NCBI GenBank assembly: GCA_018813285.1
Contig: JAHJBY010000043.1
Location: 1-50,142 of the forward strand
DNA: 50,142 nucleotides
Direction of reading: 5' to 3'
Source of the DNA: Candidatus Omnitrophota bacterium
GTDB taxonomy: Bacteria; Omnitrophota; Gorgyraeia; Tantalellales; Tantalellaceae
The notes beneath the pieces were generated by a model. It was not told the DNA's origin and did not search any database. It was given only the letters and a program-made list of their open reading frames with translations. The position numbers and the translations under genes are program-made. Positions 18,045 through 26,493 of the stretch are shown here, in pieces. The first letter of the stretch is position 1. Every line of letters begins with the position of its first letter.

Positions 18045-18131
18045 TGGTGCGGGCGAAGGGACTTGAACCCCCAAGGAGTTGCCTCCATATGGACCTGAAC
18101 CATACGCGTCTGCCAATTTCGCCACGCCCGC
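18045..18131 (-). tRNA. tRNA-Leu(CAG)
   Basis: Minus strand GCGGGCGTGGCGAAATTGGCAGACGCGTATGGTTCAGGTCCATATGG...GGTTCAAGTCCCTTCGCCCGCACCA; anticodon CAG, long variable arm, encoded CCA. Confidence 0.95.
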
Positions 18132-18167
18132 AATAGGATTTTATGGATCGGTTGACAAGCAGAAGGA

Positions 18168-18196
18168 ATTATACTATAAAACATGTACAGAGTCAA
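18168..18196 (-). promoter_or_regulatory. Sigma70-type promoter for tRNA-Leu
   Basis: Minus strand TTGACT, 17 bp spacer, TATAAT. Confidence 0.7.
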
Positions 18197-18286
18197 TTCT
18201 GGCATGTTACCATGGCCACCTACGGGGTGGGTATGGGTTAACATGGTGCGATTTACGAAAGATTATGGTACAATAAAGGTAGAATC

Positions 18287-18739
18287 ATGACGCAGAAGGG
18301 GCCGGTAGTATCGAATCGACAGGCTTTTCGTGATTTCAAGATAGAGAAGATCTTTGAAGCCGGTCTTCAGCTATTTGGTAATGAAGTAAAGTCTTTAAGA
18401 GCCGGCGAGGCCAACTTGAAAGGCAGTTTCGCGAAGGTCGATGGCGAAGAGATAGTGTTGCATAACATGCACATAAGCCCATATGAATTTTCGCGTGACG
18501 AACAAGATCCTCTTCGGCCGAGAAAACTTTTATTGCATAGATCCGAGATAAGGGCTATCATTACAAAAATAGCGCAGCGTGGATACACGCTTGTGCCGCT
18601 TAAAGTATATTTCCGGCGAGGTTACGCAAAAGTGGAGATCGGCCTTGCCCGGGGCAAGAAACAGTATGACAAACGCGCCTCGCTTAAAGAAAAGCAGGTT
18701 CGACGGGAGGTGGATCGAGAGGTCCGCAGCAGGCGATAG
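18287..18739 (+). CDS. smpB: SsrA-binding protein
   Basis: NRQA, EAGLQLFGNEVKSLR, HISPYE, R.RKLLLH, LARGKKQYDKR. Confidence 0.97.
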   Translation: MTQKGPVVSNRQAFRDFKIEKIFEAGLQLFGNEVKSLRAGEANLKGSFAKVDGEEIVLHNMHISPYEFSRDEQDPLRPRKLLLHRSEIRAIITKIAQRGYTLVPLKVYFRRGYAKVEIGLARGKKQYDKRASLKEKQVRREVDREVRSRR

Positions 18740-18814
18740 ATAGGTTCTTTGACATAGCAATGGATACTTTTACAGAAGGAAGGAGAGTAATCTTTGAACC
18801 TTCATATATGAGGA

Positions 18815-19201
18815 GGGGGTGACAGGTCTCGACATGTTATCTTGATCCATTGAGCAGCATGCAGAGGTTGTCAGGTGGCCTCTTTAAAAACCTGGCAAAA
18901 AAAATAAATGCAGACTACAATCCAGTAGCTGACGCCGAGGCTATTTTAGCCGAAGGCACACTAGCTCCTCAATACGCAGGGGCGGGTTCATTATTTGGCG
19001 CTCTGGCCATCTAATTTAACCTTAAACTAAGCAGAGACGCCCGGAGTTTTATCTTCTGCCTCCGGGTCTGATCTAAGAAGGTTGCTTTCGGAAAGGCCCA
19101 GTTTACCAGGCCTTCCGGGAAAAGATAAGGGTAGACTAAGCATGTAGATACTCGTTGGGTAAGTTCCATGGACCCGGGTTCGAATCCCGGCACCTCCACC
19201 A
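18815..19201 (+). ncRNA. ssrA: tmRNA
   Basis: 5' GGGGGTGACAGGTCTCGAC; 3' GACCCGGGTTCGAATCCCGGCACCTCCACCA; acceptor stem with G.U pair; tag ORF from GCA at 18910 to TAA at 19014; adjacent to smpB. Confidence 0.93.
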
Positions 19202-19403
19202 TTTAAAACCAAAAGCGGAAGAGAATAAACTCTCCTCCGCTTTTTTGTTTTAAATGTCTGCAATGCCTTCGGCATTCCAGGTTTATTCGGCTCGTCGCAT
19301 TTTGTGAATAAATTCAAAAAATACTCCTCACCTCATAAACTTGTGTAGGCACCGGGGTCCCTCGGTCTGGTTGTACAGGGTTGTATCTTCAGACCTCGGT
19401 CTC
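19196..19403 (+). repeat. 208-bp direct repeat, copy 1 (starts with the CCACCA end of ssrA)
   Basis: Near-identical to 19561-19768. Confidence 0.92.
19201..19257 (+). terminator. Intrinsic terminator after ssrA (duplicated at 19566-19622)
   Basis: AAAAGCGGAAGAG...CTCTCCTCCGCTTTTTT, with flanking ATTTAAAAC/GTTTTAAAT. Confidence 0.75.
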
Positions 19404-19434
19404 CCGGCACGCTGATATTTGAAAATAAACTTTG

Positions 19435-19560
19435 GGAAATACAGTACCGTTTATCAGGGAAATACAGGAAAAAGGAAATACAGTACCGTTTATCAAATCA
19501 ATCCCACACCTGTACCTGGAAATACAGTACCGTTTATCAAATCAATCCCACACCTGTCCC
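19435..19560 (+). repeat. GGAAATACAGTACCGTTTATCA-family repeat block (3 copies; 44-bp period in the last two)
   Basis: Copies start at 19435, 19474 and 19518; the same sequence recurs at 21387-21429. Confidence 0.85.
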
Positions 19561-19768
19561 CCACCATTTAAAACCAAAAGCGGAAGAGAATAAACTCTCC
19601 TCCGCTTTTTTGTTTTAAATGTCCGCAATGCCTTCGGCATTCCAGGTTTATTCGGCTCGTCGCATTTTGTGAATAAATTCAAAAAATACTCCTCACCTCA
19701 TAAACTTGTGTAGGCACCGGGGTCCCTCGGTCTGGTTGAATCCGGTTGTATCTTCAGACCCCGGTCTC
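19561..19768 (+). repeat. 208-bp direct repeat, copy 2
   Basis: Near-identical to 19196-19403, with a few substitutions near the 3' end. Confidence 0.92.
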
Positions 19769-19899
19769 GCGTTCTTCGCCGACGAAGTCCTTCGTAGCCC
19801 AATAAAATGTAAATAATTTGGCGAAGAAGGAAGGCGAAGGTTGATGCTGGGAGGGCGTTAAGCAATGCGACGAAAAGGAGCATTGTAGCCCGAGCAGTG

Positions 19900-19914
19900 C
19901 CGGCACCTCCACCA
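19900..19914 (+). other. att-like duplication of the ssrA 3' end (CCGGCACCTCCACCA)
   Basis: Identical to 19187-19201; followed by a terminator-like hairpin at 19928-19960. Confidence 0.8.
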
Positions 19915-19927
19915 GTATGTTTCAGCA

Positions 19928-19960
19928 GAAAGCCGATTTCAGTCACGAAGTCGGTTTTTT
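19928..19960 (+). terminator. Intrinsic terminator-like hairpin
   Basis: AAGCCGATTTC-AGTCAC-GAAGTCGGTTTTTT. Confidence 0.6.
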
Positions 19961-19976
19961 ATGCTAATTATTCCGA

Positions 19977-20026
19977 TGATTTGTGCATAAAATATTGTTG
20001 ATTTGTGCATAACGATATGGTATACT
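19977..20026 (+). promoter_or_regulatory. Promoter of the AAA gene overlapped by a 14-bp direct repeat (TGATTTGTGCATAA x2, 22-bp period)
   Basis: TTGATT (19998), 17 bp spacer, TATACT (20021) with extended -10 TG; repeats at 19977-19990 and 19999-20012. Confidence 0.6.
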
Positions 20027-20050
20027 TGTAGCCATAAGAGGGAGGGAAGT

Positions 20051-21271
20051 ATGAAATATATTCCACGATGGCTAGAGGTAAGACTTGAAGGAGCTCTTCA
20101 GGCGAATCCGGTTATCGTTCTTACTGGGCCTAGACAGGTAGGGAAAAGTACACTTTTAGAATATGCCAATTTCTTAAAAGAGTGGAGATATTTAACTTTG
20201 GACGATCCTGACACGTTAGAACAGGCCAAAGAAGATCCCAAGGGACTTTTTTTGGAAAATAAACCTACGATAATTGATGAAGTCCAGAGATGTCCGGAAC
20301 TTTTGCTTACAGTTAAATATCTTGTTGATAAGTCTCGGCGATCTCGAAAATTCATACTTTCTGGATCCGGTAATATCTCTTTGCGACAGGCACCCAGAGA
20401 AACATTAGCAGGACGAGCCAGATATTTACATTTAACGGGTTTTGCTTTTAGGGAATTTCTTGGACTGTCTGCGCAAGGTATTTTTGATCAAATATGGGAG
20501 GGTGCTGATATTGAGGCTTCAAATGTCAAAGCGAGTTTCAATATGGATCATACCGTATGGCGAGGGGGTTTACCCGGTATTATTCTTTCCTCAAATGATA
20601 AAATAGCCCTAGAGCGCTTGAGTGGGTATGTTGATACATATATTCGTAGAGATATTCAAGATTTGGTTAAAGTGAGACATCCTCAGAATTTTCGCCGTTT
20701 AATGGAAGTTCTGGCAAAGTCGGCGGGTTGGGAATCTGTCCAGGAAGAATTATCTAAAGCTTGTGGGGAAACAAGAACCAATGTAAGTAGATATATTAGC
20801 CTTTTGAAAGATACGAATCTTTTGTATGATCTTAAGGGATATGTGTATAAAAATGAAAGAGCGTATAGACAGTCGAAGTATTTTTGGTTTGATTCCGGCA
20901 CCGCTTGTTTTCTTGCAGGTATTAGATCAACTAAGGATCTAAATAGACAAAGAGCAAGAGGAAGGTATTTGGAGAATTTTATTCTGCAACAGATATTGGC
21001 ATGGACTTCCTTGCAGATTGAAGAGCCGGAGATATTCTATTGGAAACCTAAAAACGCGGATGGAGAGGTTGATTTTGTGGTTACTTCAGTGGGAAAAGGT
21101 GTAGGAATAGAAGTAAAATCCTCAAAAGAGATCAAATTTAAAGATACTCGACATATGAGAAGTTTTCTTAAGGTCCATCCGGAAATTGAGAAGGGCATTA
21201 TAGTATATGCAGGTGAGAAGGTTTACCCGGTAGCTTCGAATGTTTATGCTGTTCCTTGGTTCGTTTTCTAA
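20051..21271 (+). CDS. AAA+ ATPase (AAA_14) with DUF4143 C-terminal domain
   Basis: ATG 20051 after GGAGGG; GPRQVGKST, IIDEVQ, LSGSG, ETLAGR, GGLP, YVDTYIRRDI, FDSG, EVDFV...IEVK; visibly more AT-rich than the flanks. Confidence 0.9.
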   Translation: MKYIPRWLEVRLEGALQANPVIVLTGPRQVGKSTLLEYANFLKEWRYLTLDDPDTLEQAKEDPKGLFLENKPTIIDEVQRCPELLLTVKYLVDKSRRSRKFILSGSGNISLRQAPRETLAGRARYLHLTGFAFREFLGLSAQGIFDQIWEGADIEASNVKASFNMDHTVWRGGLPGIILSSNDKIALERLSGYVDTYIRRDIQDLVKVRHPQNFRRLMEVLAKSAGWESVQEELSKACGETRTNVSRYISLLKDTNLLYDLKGYVYKNERAYRQSKYFWFDSGTACFLAGIRSTKDLNRQRARGRYLENFILQQILAWTSLQIEEPEIFYWKPKNADGEVDFVVTSVGKGVGIEVKSSKEIKFKDTRHMRSFLKVHPEIEKGIIVYAGEKVYPVASNVYAVPWFVF

Positions 21272-21386
21272 GGCAAAAAGAGGGTTAGAAAGAATAAAAT
21301 AGAGGGTAATCTCTGAAAAAACGTAACTACTCAGGTGCCTTCCCCTTCCATGCAATTCCACGAAATTTCATAAAAAACTGGACTCA

Positions 21387-21548
21387 AAATACAGTACCGT
21401 TTATCAAATCAATCCCACACCTGTACCTGATCGCAATCCCACACCTGTACCTGATCGCAATCCCACACCTGTACCTGATTGCAATCCCACACCGGGTGAA
21501 AAGTTAAAGATAGACCCGTTCCCGGAATCAATCCCAGGCCTGTCCCCT
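21387..21548 (+). repeat. Copy of the AAATACAGTACCGTTTATC repeat followed by a 24-bp tandem CAATCCCACACCTGTACCTGATCG (about 3.5 copies, 21410-21493)
   Basis: Units start at 21410, 21434, 21458 and 21482; degenerate AATCAATCCCAGGCCTGTCCCC at ~21526-21547. Confidence 0.85.
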
Positions 21549-21729
21549 TGATGGTGACGACGGTTTGAAAACATACCAATAACGACGGATAGTCGGTGTA
21601 CCATGTACCACGTGTTTTATTACTTTTTATTCCATCCTGAAATCACTACTGTCTCGTTGTTTGAAAAATATGTTTCATATCATCTTGCAGTATAGCCAGT
21701 TATACTAAAAATGACTTTTTTCGACTTGA

Positions 21730-21963
21730 AATCAGTTTACTGAGAAAATAACATTTGGAAACAGATCAGAGAAAAGCGCCCAAGTACATGATGTTGTAAT
21801 GAGCGTTCTGCAAGCGGCAAAATTAAATAATCCGGATTTTGTAAAGTCACTACACGATATCTTATTGCCGGATGGTAGGAATCCGTTTACAGAAATCCTT
21901 TCTTCTCCCAGAACTTGGGATAGGAGACACATCCCGATGATGTTTTCTTTCAAAAAATCGTAA
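21730..21963 (+). pseudogene. IS66-family transposase C-terminal remnant
   Basis: Start-less frame ...(R)KITFGNRSEKSAQVHDVVMSVLQAAKLNN... matches the RKxxxGxRSxxGA...S..xT.K tail of IS66 TnpC; in-frame TGA at 21727. Confidence 0.6.
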
Positions 21964-22083
21964 AAATATGTTCACATACACGTGTTCGTCGACATGAGAA
22001 GCAGTGTGATATCATGCCTGAACCCGGTATTTTTGCTTGACGCGATCAAATCGTGAGGGGTACAATGCAACAGGAAGGAAACC

Positions 22084-24093
22084 ATGCCGCAAAATATCAA
22101 GAAAAGAATAGACGAGCTCAGAAAACAGCTAAACAAGCATGGCCGGCTGTACTACACGCGGGGGGCTCCGGCGATCTCTGATTCCGAATATGATGAGATT
22201 TTGAGAGAACTGGAACGCCTGGAAAAATACCATCCCGAGTTTATGTCCCCGGATTCTCCGACGCGGAAGGTGGGACGGGCGGTTCGGGACGGTTATTCAA
22301 AGGTAAGCCATACCTCGCCAATGTTAAGTCTGGGAAGTGTTCACTCAGCAGAAGAATGCCGTAAGTTTGACGCGACATCCCGAAAGGAAATTGGGGCCTC
22401 AAAAGTAGATTACGCGTGTGAACCGAAACTTGACGGCCTTAGCGTAGAGCTTGTGTATGAAAACGGTATTTTCGTGCGCGGCGCGACCCGGGGAGACGGT
22501 TTAGTCGGTGAGGATGTGACGGAAAATATCAGAACCATACGTAATGTACCGAAAAAACTTACCGGTAAAAATCCCCCTGAACTGATAGCCGTGCGCGGTG
22601 AAGTTTTGATGCATATCAGGGATTTCCAAGAATTGAATAAAAGGCAAATTTCTATGGGGAAAACTCCCTTCGCCAATCCTCGAAACGCCGCCGCCGGATC
22701 TCTCAGACAACTTGATTTTAAGATCACAGCGGAGCGAAAACTTGATGTGTATTGTTACGGAATACTTGAATATTCATGTGATATGCCGGACACTCAGGAA
22801 GAAGCTGCTCGCCTGATAAGTGAGTTCGGTCTTAAAACAGCGCCGGACGCGCTTTATTGCCGCACAATAGACGATGCTGTCAAGTATCATCATGAACTCG
22901 AAGCTAAACGAGATGATCTCGACTATGAAATAGATGGTGTAGTGATTAAAGTAAACAGGTTCGCGTTCCAACAAAAGCTGGGTATGCGGACGACAAACCC
23001 GCGCTGGGCTGTCGCGTATAAATTTAAACCACGTAAAGAGATCACTCGCATCGAGGAAATAATTGTCCAGGTAGGGCGCACAGGGATTCTTACCCCCGTC
23101 GCTTTGCTGCAGCCGGTCGAGGTTGGTGGCGTAACTGTTTCACGGGCGACTCTTCACAATATGGATGAGATCGCGAGGCTCGATGTAAGAATAGGGGATT
23201 ATGTGAAGATACATAGAGCGGGGGACGTTATTCCTAAAGTTATCGAAGTGATATCCGCTAAACGGACCTGGAAAGAGAAAGTTTTTCATATGCCTGAAAA
23301 ATGTCCAAGCTGCGGTTCCGTTCTTGAAAAAGAAGACGTACATTATAGATGTCCCGGTGGATTTACCTGTCCCGCACAGGTTAAAGAAGCCATAACACAT
23401 TATGTCAGCAGATCAGCGGCGGATATTGAAGGCCTTTCCGATAGGACCGTTCAGCAACTGTATGAAGAAGGATTGGCAGGCAGTATCGCTGATATCTATT
23501 CCTTGAGACGGGAAGACATTTTGAAATTGGAAGGGTGGAAAGAAAAGAAAACAGATAATTTGCTATCGGCTATTGATGCTTCAAAAACTATCACTCTTGA
23601 CAGATTCATGTTCGGTCTTGGTATACGTAATGTCGGACAGCATATTGCCTCAGTGATCGCTGCGCGTTTTGGCAGCTTAAACGCGATAATGCGATCGTCA
23701 AGTGATGAGCTTATGGAGATCAAAGAAATAGGACCGGAAATAGCGGAGAGTGTTATAACTTTTTTTCATGACAAGAAGAATGTAAAACAAATAGAAGCCC
23801 TGGTAGATGCCGGGGTTCATGTGATCCAGAAAACGTCTAAAGGAAAATTTTCCGGTAAAAAAGTGATATTTACCGGAAGCCTTGGGTCTTTTAGCCGTTC
23901 CGAAGCGAAAAAACTTGTAGAATCCGAAGGCGGGGAAATCGCGTCAAGCGTCTCATCGGATGTCGATTTTGTTGTCGCGGGGGAAAAGGCGGGTTCCAAG
24001 TTGGACGCGGCGCGCAAGAAAAACATACCTGTCCTTACGGAGAAAGAGTTCCTCAAACTTACCGATCAGCCTTCAGCGAGGGCAAGAGGATAG
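22084..24093 (+). CDS. ligA: NAD-dependent DNA ligase
   Basis: EPKLDG, RGDG..GEDVT, FANPRNAAAGSLRQLD, zinc finger, C-terminal BRCT; promoter TTGACG-18-TACAAT at 22037-22066. Confidence 0.97.
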   Translation: MPQNIKKRIDELRKQLNKHGRLYYTRGAPAISDSEYDEILRELERLEKYHPEFMSPDSPTRKVGRAVRDGYSKVSHTSPMLSLGSVHSAEECRKFDATSRKEIGASKVDYACEPKLDGLSVELVYENGIFVRGATRGDGLVGEDVTENIRTIRNVPKKLTGKNPPELIAVRGEVLMHIRDFQELNKRQISMGKTPFANPRNAAAGSLRQLDFKITAERKLDVYCYGILEYSCDMPDTQEEAARLISEFGLKTAPDALYCRTIDDAVKYHHELEAKRDDLDYEIDGVVIKVNRFAFQQKLGMRTTNPRWAVAYKFKPRKEITRIEEIIVQVGRTGILTPVALLQPVEVGGVTVSRATLHNMDEIARLDVRIGDYVKIHRAGDVIPKVIEVISAKRTWKEKVFHMPEKCPSCGSVLEKEDVHYRCPGGFTCPAQVKEAITHYVSRSAADIEGLSDRTVQQLYEEGLAGSIADIYSLRREDILKLEGWKEKKTDNLLSAIDASKTITLDRFMFGLGIRNVGQHIASVIAARFGSLNAIMRSSSDELMEIKEIGPEIAESVITFFHDKKNVKQIEALVDAGVHVIQKTSKGKFSGKKVIFTGSLGSFSRSEAKKLVESEGGEIASSVSSDVDFVVAGEKAGSKLDAARKKNIPVLTEKEFLKLTDQPSARARG

Positions 24094-24208
24094 AGGTGCG
24101 AGGCAGGGTCATTTACGGGTCAAGAACCACGAATCGCAAAAATTCGGCCTTACCGGCGTTTCTTTATGTCATGCATCTGATATGATCCCATAACGTGACG
24201 TGAGGGGG

Positions 24209-24404
24209 CTAATAGATCAAAATCCTCCCCAATCAAAGTTTTTCAACGCTATTTTTCTATCCTTTTGCAGGGTGTTAAAAAATTCACCCTCGAGATCTTT
24301 TTTGAGATCTTAACGCCGGGGTTCATACTTTAACACTATCCCCTTCAAAAGGTATAAAAATAATTAAAACTTTGAAATGGGTCACCTGAATTTTAATCTA
24401 TTAG
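24209..24404. mobile_element. ~196-bp fold-back MITE-like element, copy 1
   Basis: TIR CTAATAGATCAAAAT / ATTTTAATCTATTAG; imperfect palindrome over its whole length; homologous copy at 48960-49153. Confidence 0.8.
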
Positions 24405-24424
24405 TCCTTTCACGCACATAAATC

Positions 24425-24915
24425 TCCCTTCTTGCCTCTTACTTCTTTGCTTCTTTACTTCCTTCTTGCCCCTTGCCTCTCGCCTCGTGCCTCCCTCAGC
24501 GTATCGCTTTACCCATCACTCATCACTCTTCACTTCTCGCCCCGTGACCCATGCCCCTTGTCGTTTTGCGTCTCGCGTCTCGCGTTAATACACAACGCAT
24601 AACGCCGGGCGAGATGTCGTTCCGCGTTCCGCCTCTTGCCTTTCAATCTGTGGACTATCGACCGTGAACTGTGGACCGTGGACTATTTTGCCTCGTGCCT
24701 CCCTCAGCGTATCGCTTTACCCATCACTCATCACTCTTCACTTCTCGCCTCTCGCCTCGTGCCTCTCGCCTATTCACGATTCACGATTCACGATTCACGA
24801 TTTACCTCTCGCCTCCGTTTAGCGTATCGCGACACCGCAAACCTCAAACCGCGAACCGCAAGCCGCACACCGCGAACCGCAAACCTCAAAGCGCGAACCG
24901 CAAACCTCTTACCTC
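24425..24915. repeat. Pyrimidine-rich mosaic of 7-mer tandem families (CTCGCCT, CATCACT, TGGACCG, CACGATT, CCGCGAA) with a 60-bp internal direct repeat
   Basis: Direct repeat at 24482-24541 = 24690-24749; modules are reverse complements of those at 17821-17915. Confidence 0.85.
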
Positions 24916-24929
24916 CACGAGTTATAAGT

Positions 24930-24958
24930 TTGACACTCCTACGCATTATAGCTATAAT
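24930..24958 (+). promoter_or_regulatory. Consensus sigma70 promoter for the lysS operon
   Basis: TTGACA, 17 bp spacer, TATAAT. Confidence 0.85.
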
Positions 24959-25037
24959 TGTGGTGTTAAAGTGTACCCGTATTATGCAGTATTCTCATTT
25001 TTATACTTGTTAACACAAAACGTGGAGAAAACAAAAG

Positions 25038-26489
25038 ATGGATGAGAACATAAAGAACGCCGAAGAGAAGAATGAACTCGTCGAGCAGAGGTATAAGAAC
25101 CTTCGGAAGTTGGAGGAATCAGGAATAGACCCTTTTGGCGGGAAATTCCCGGATACGGAAAAGGCAATATCGATAAAGAGTAATTTTTCTCCCTCCCGCA
25201 AGGTCCGCATGGCCGGCCGGATCATGGCCAAACGGACCATGGGTAAAAGCATCTTTATGGATCTTAAGGACTCTACCGGAAAAATACAGCTGTATCTTAA
25301 AAAAGACACAGTCGGCGAGGCCGCCTTTAACATTATCAAAGTACTGGACATAGGGGATATCGCCGGTGTCTCCGGCGAGCTTTTCAAAACTCATTCCGGA
25401 GAAGAGACTGTCCAGGTCACCGGATTTACGGTCTTGTCAAAATCGTTACGTCCGCTTCCGGAAAAATGGCATGGGCTCAAAGATGTTGAAGCGCGGTACC
25501 GCCGGAGATATGTCGATCTCATTGTTAACGATGCTGCCCGTGATATTTTCAAAGCGCGAGTAAATATTATCAAAAGCATACGAGAGTTATTAGATGGGCA
25601 GGGATTTCTTGAGGTGGAGACGCCGATGATGCAGCAGATAGCAGGCGGCGCGGCCGGTAAGCCATTCAAGACACATCATGAGGCCCTTGATATGGATCTC
25701 TTTTTAAGGATCGCGCCGGAGATATATCTCAAAAAATTGCTGGTTGGAGGATTTGAAAAAGTGTATGAGATAAATCGTTCTTTTCGGAACGAAGGCATCT
25801 CAACCCGGCATAATCCTGAATTTACCATGATAGAGGTCTATGAGGCATACTCTGATTGCGAGGGTATGATGAAACTTACCGAAGAACTCATCAGGCGAGC
25901 GGCTAAGACAGTTCTGGGTACGGAAAAATTTGAATATCAGGGGCGCCAGATCGATCTATCGCGTTGGAAGAGGGTTTCTTTCGAGGAACTCATGAAAGAG
26001 AATTATGGGATCAGCGTTAATGATCCGCTTTCCGCGTGGGTGGAGAAGTTGAAGAAAAAGGGGATCGAGATCGAAGGCGGCAAAGTCAGCAAGACACAAC
26101 TATTGAATATAGTGGGAGATCTGGTAGAACCGGAAGCGGAAAAGCATCCCGTTTTTGTAGTGGATATATTCAAAGAGTTGAGCCCTCTGGCTAAAGAAAA
26201 AAAAGACGCGCCCGGGATCACAGATCGTTTTGAGTTGTTTATCGGCGGTATGGAAATAGCGAACGCGTATTCTGAACTTAACGATCCGGTGGATCAGCGC
26301 CGCCGGTTCGTAGAACAGGCAAAAGAAGATCCTGAGGCCAGGATCGACGAGGATTTTATACGGGCGCTTGAATATGGCATGCCGCCCGCCGGCGGACTGG
26401 GTATAGGCATAGATCGCCTTACGATGATACTCACCGATTCGGCGAGTATACGAGAAGTGATATTGTTTCCTCAAATGCGTCCGGAATAA
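25038..26489 (+). CDS. lysS: Lysine--tRNA ligase (class II)
   Basis: OB-fold, LRIAPE, FRNEG...HNPEF, NAYSELNDP, GMPPAGGLGIGIDRL. Confidence 0.97.
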   Translation: MDENIKNAEEKNELVEQRYKNLRKLEESGIDPFGGKFPDTEKAISIKSNFSPSRKVRMAGRIMAKRTMGKSIFMDLKDSTGKIQLYLKKDTVGEAAFNIIKVLDIGDIAGVSGELFKTHSGEETVQVTGFTVLSKSLRPLPEKWHGLKDVEARYRRRYVDLIVNDAARDIFKARVNIIKSIRELLDGQGFLEVETPMMQQIAGGAAGKPFKTHHEALDMDLFLRIAPEIYLKKLLVGGFEKVYEINRSFRNEGISTRHNPEFTMIEVYEAYSDCEGMMKLTEELIRRAAKTVLGTEKFEYQGRQIDLSRWKRVSFEELMKENYGISVNDPLSAWVEKLKKKGIEIEGGKVSKTQLLNIVGDLVEPEAEKHPVFVVDIFKELSPLAKEKKDAPGITDRFELFIGGMEIANAYSELNDPVDQRRRFVEQAKEDPEARIDEDFIRALEYGMPPAGGLGIGIDRLTMILTDSASIREVILFPQMRPE

Positions 26490-26493
26490 TAAA

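Noticed and set aside
17717-19317. ORFs overlapping tRNA-Leu and tmRNA (17717-18244, 18079-18276, 19011-19202, 19027-19317)
   Set aside because: Shadow frames of structural RNA genes and repeats.
19435-19560. Possible CRISPR mini-array
   Set aside because: The intervening sequences are short and repeated rather than unique spacers, and there are no cas genes. The 24-bp array at 21410-21493 is a head-to-tail tandem without spacers.
19201-22000. Intact prophage or genomic island at ssrA
   Set aside because: No integrase, phage or conjugation genes; only repeats, one ATPase gene and an IS remnant.
24209-24404. Integron attC site
   Set aside because: The ends are CTAAT/ATTAG rather than RYYYAAC/GTTRRRY, it is longer than typical attC sites, it is flanked by housekeeping genes, and there is no intI.
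24636-25045. ORFs 24636-25013 and 24671-25045
   Set aside because: They translate the heptamer mosaic and run across the consensus lysS promoter.
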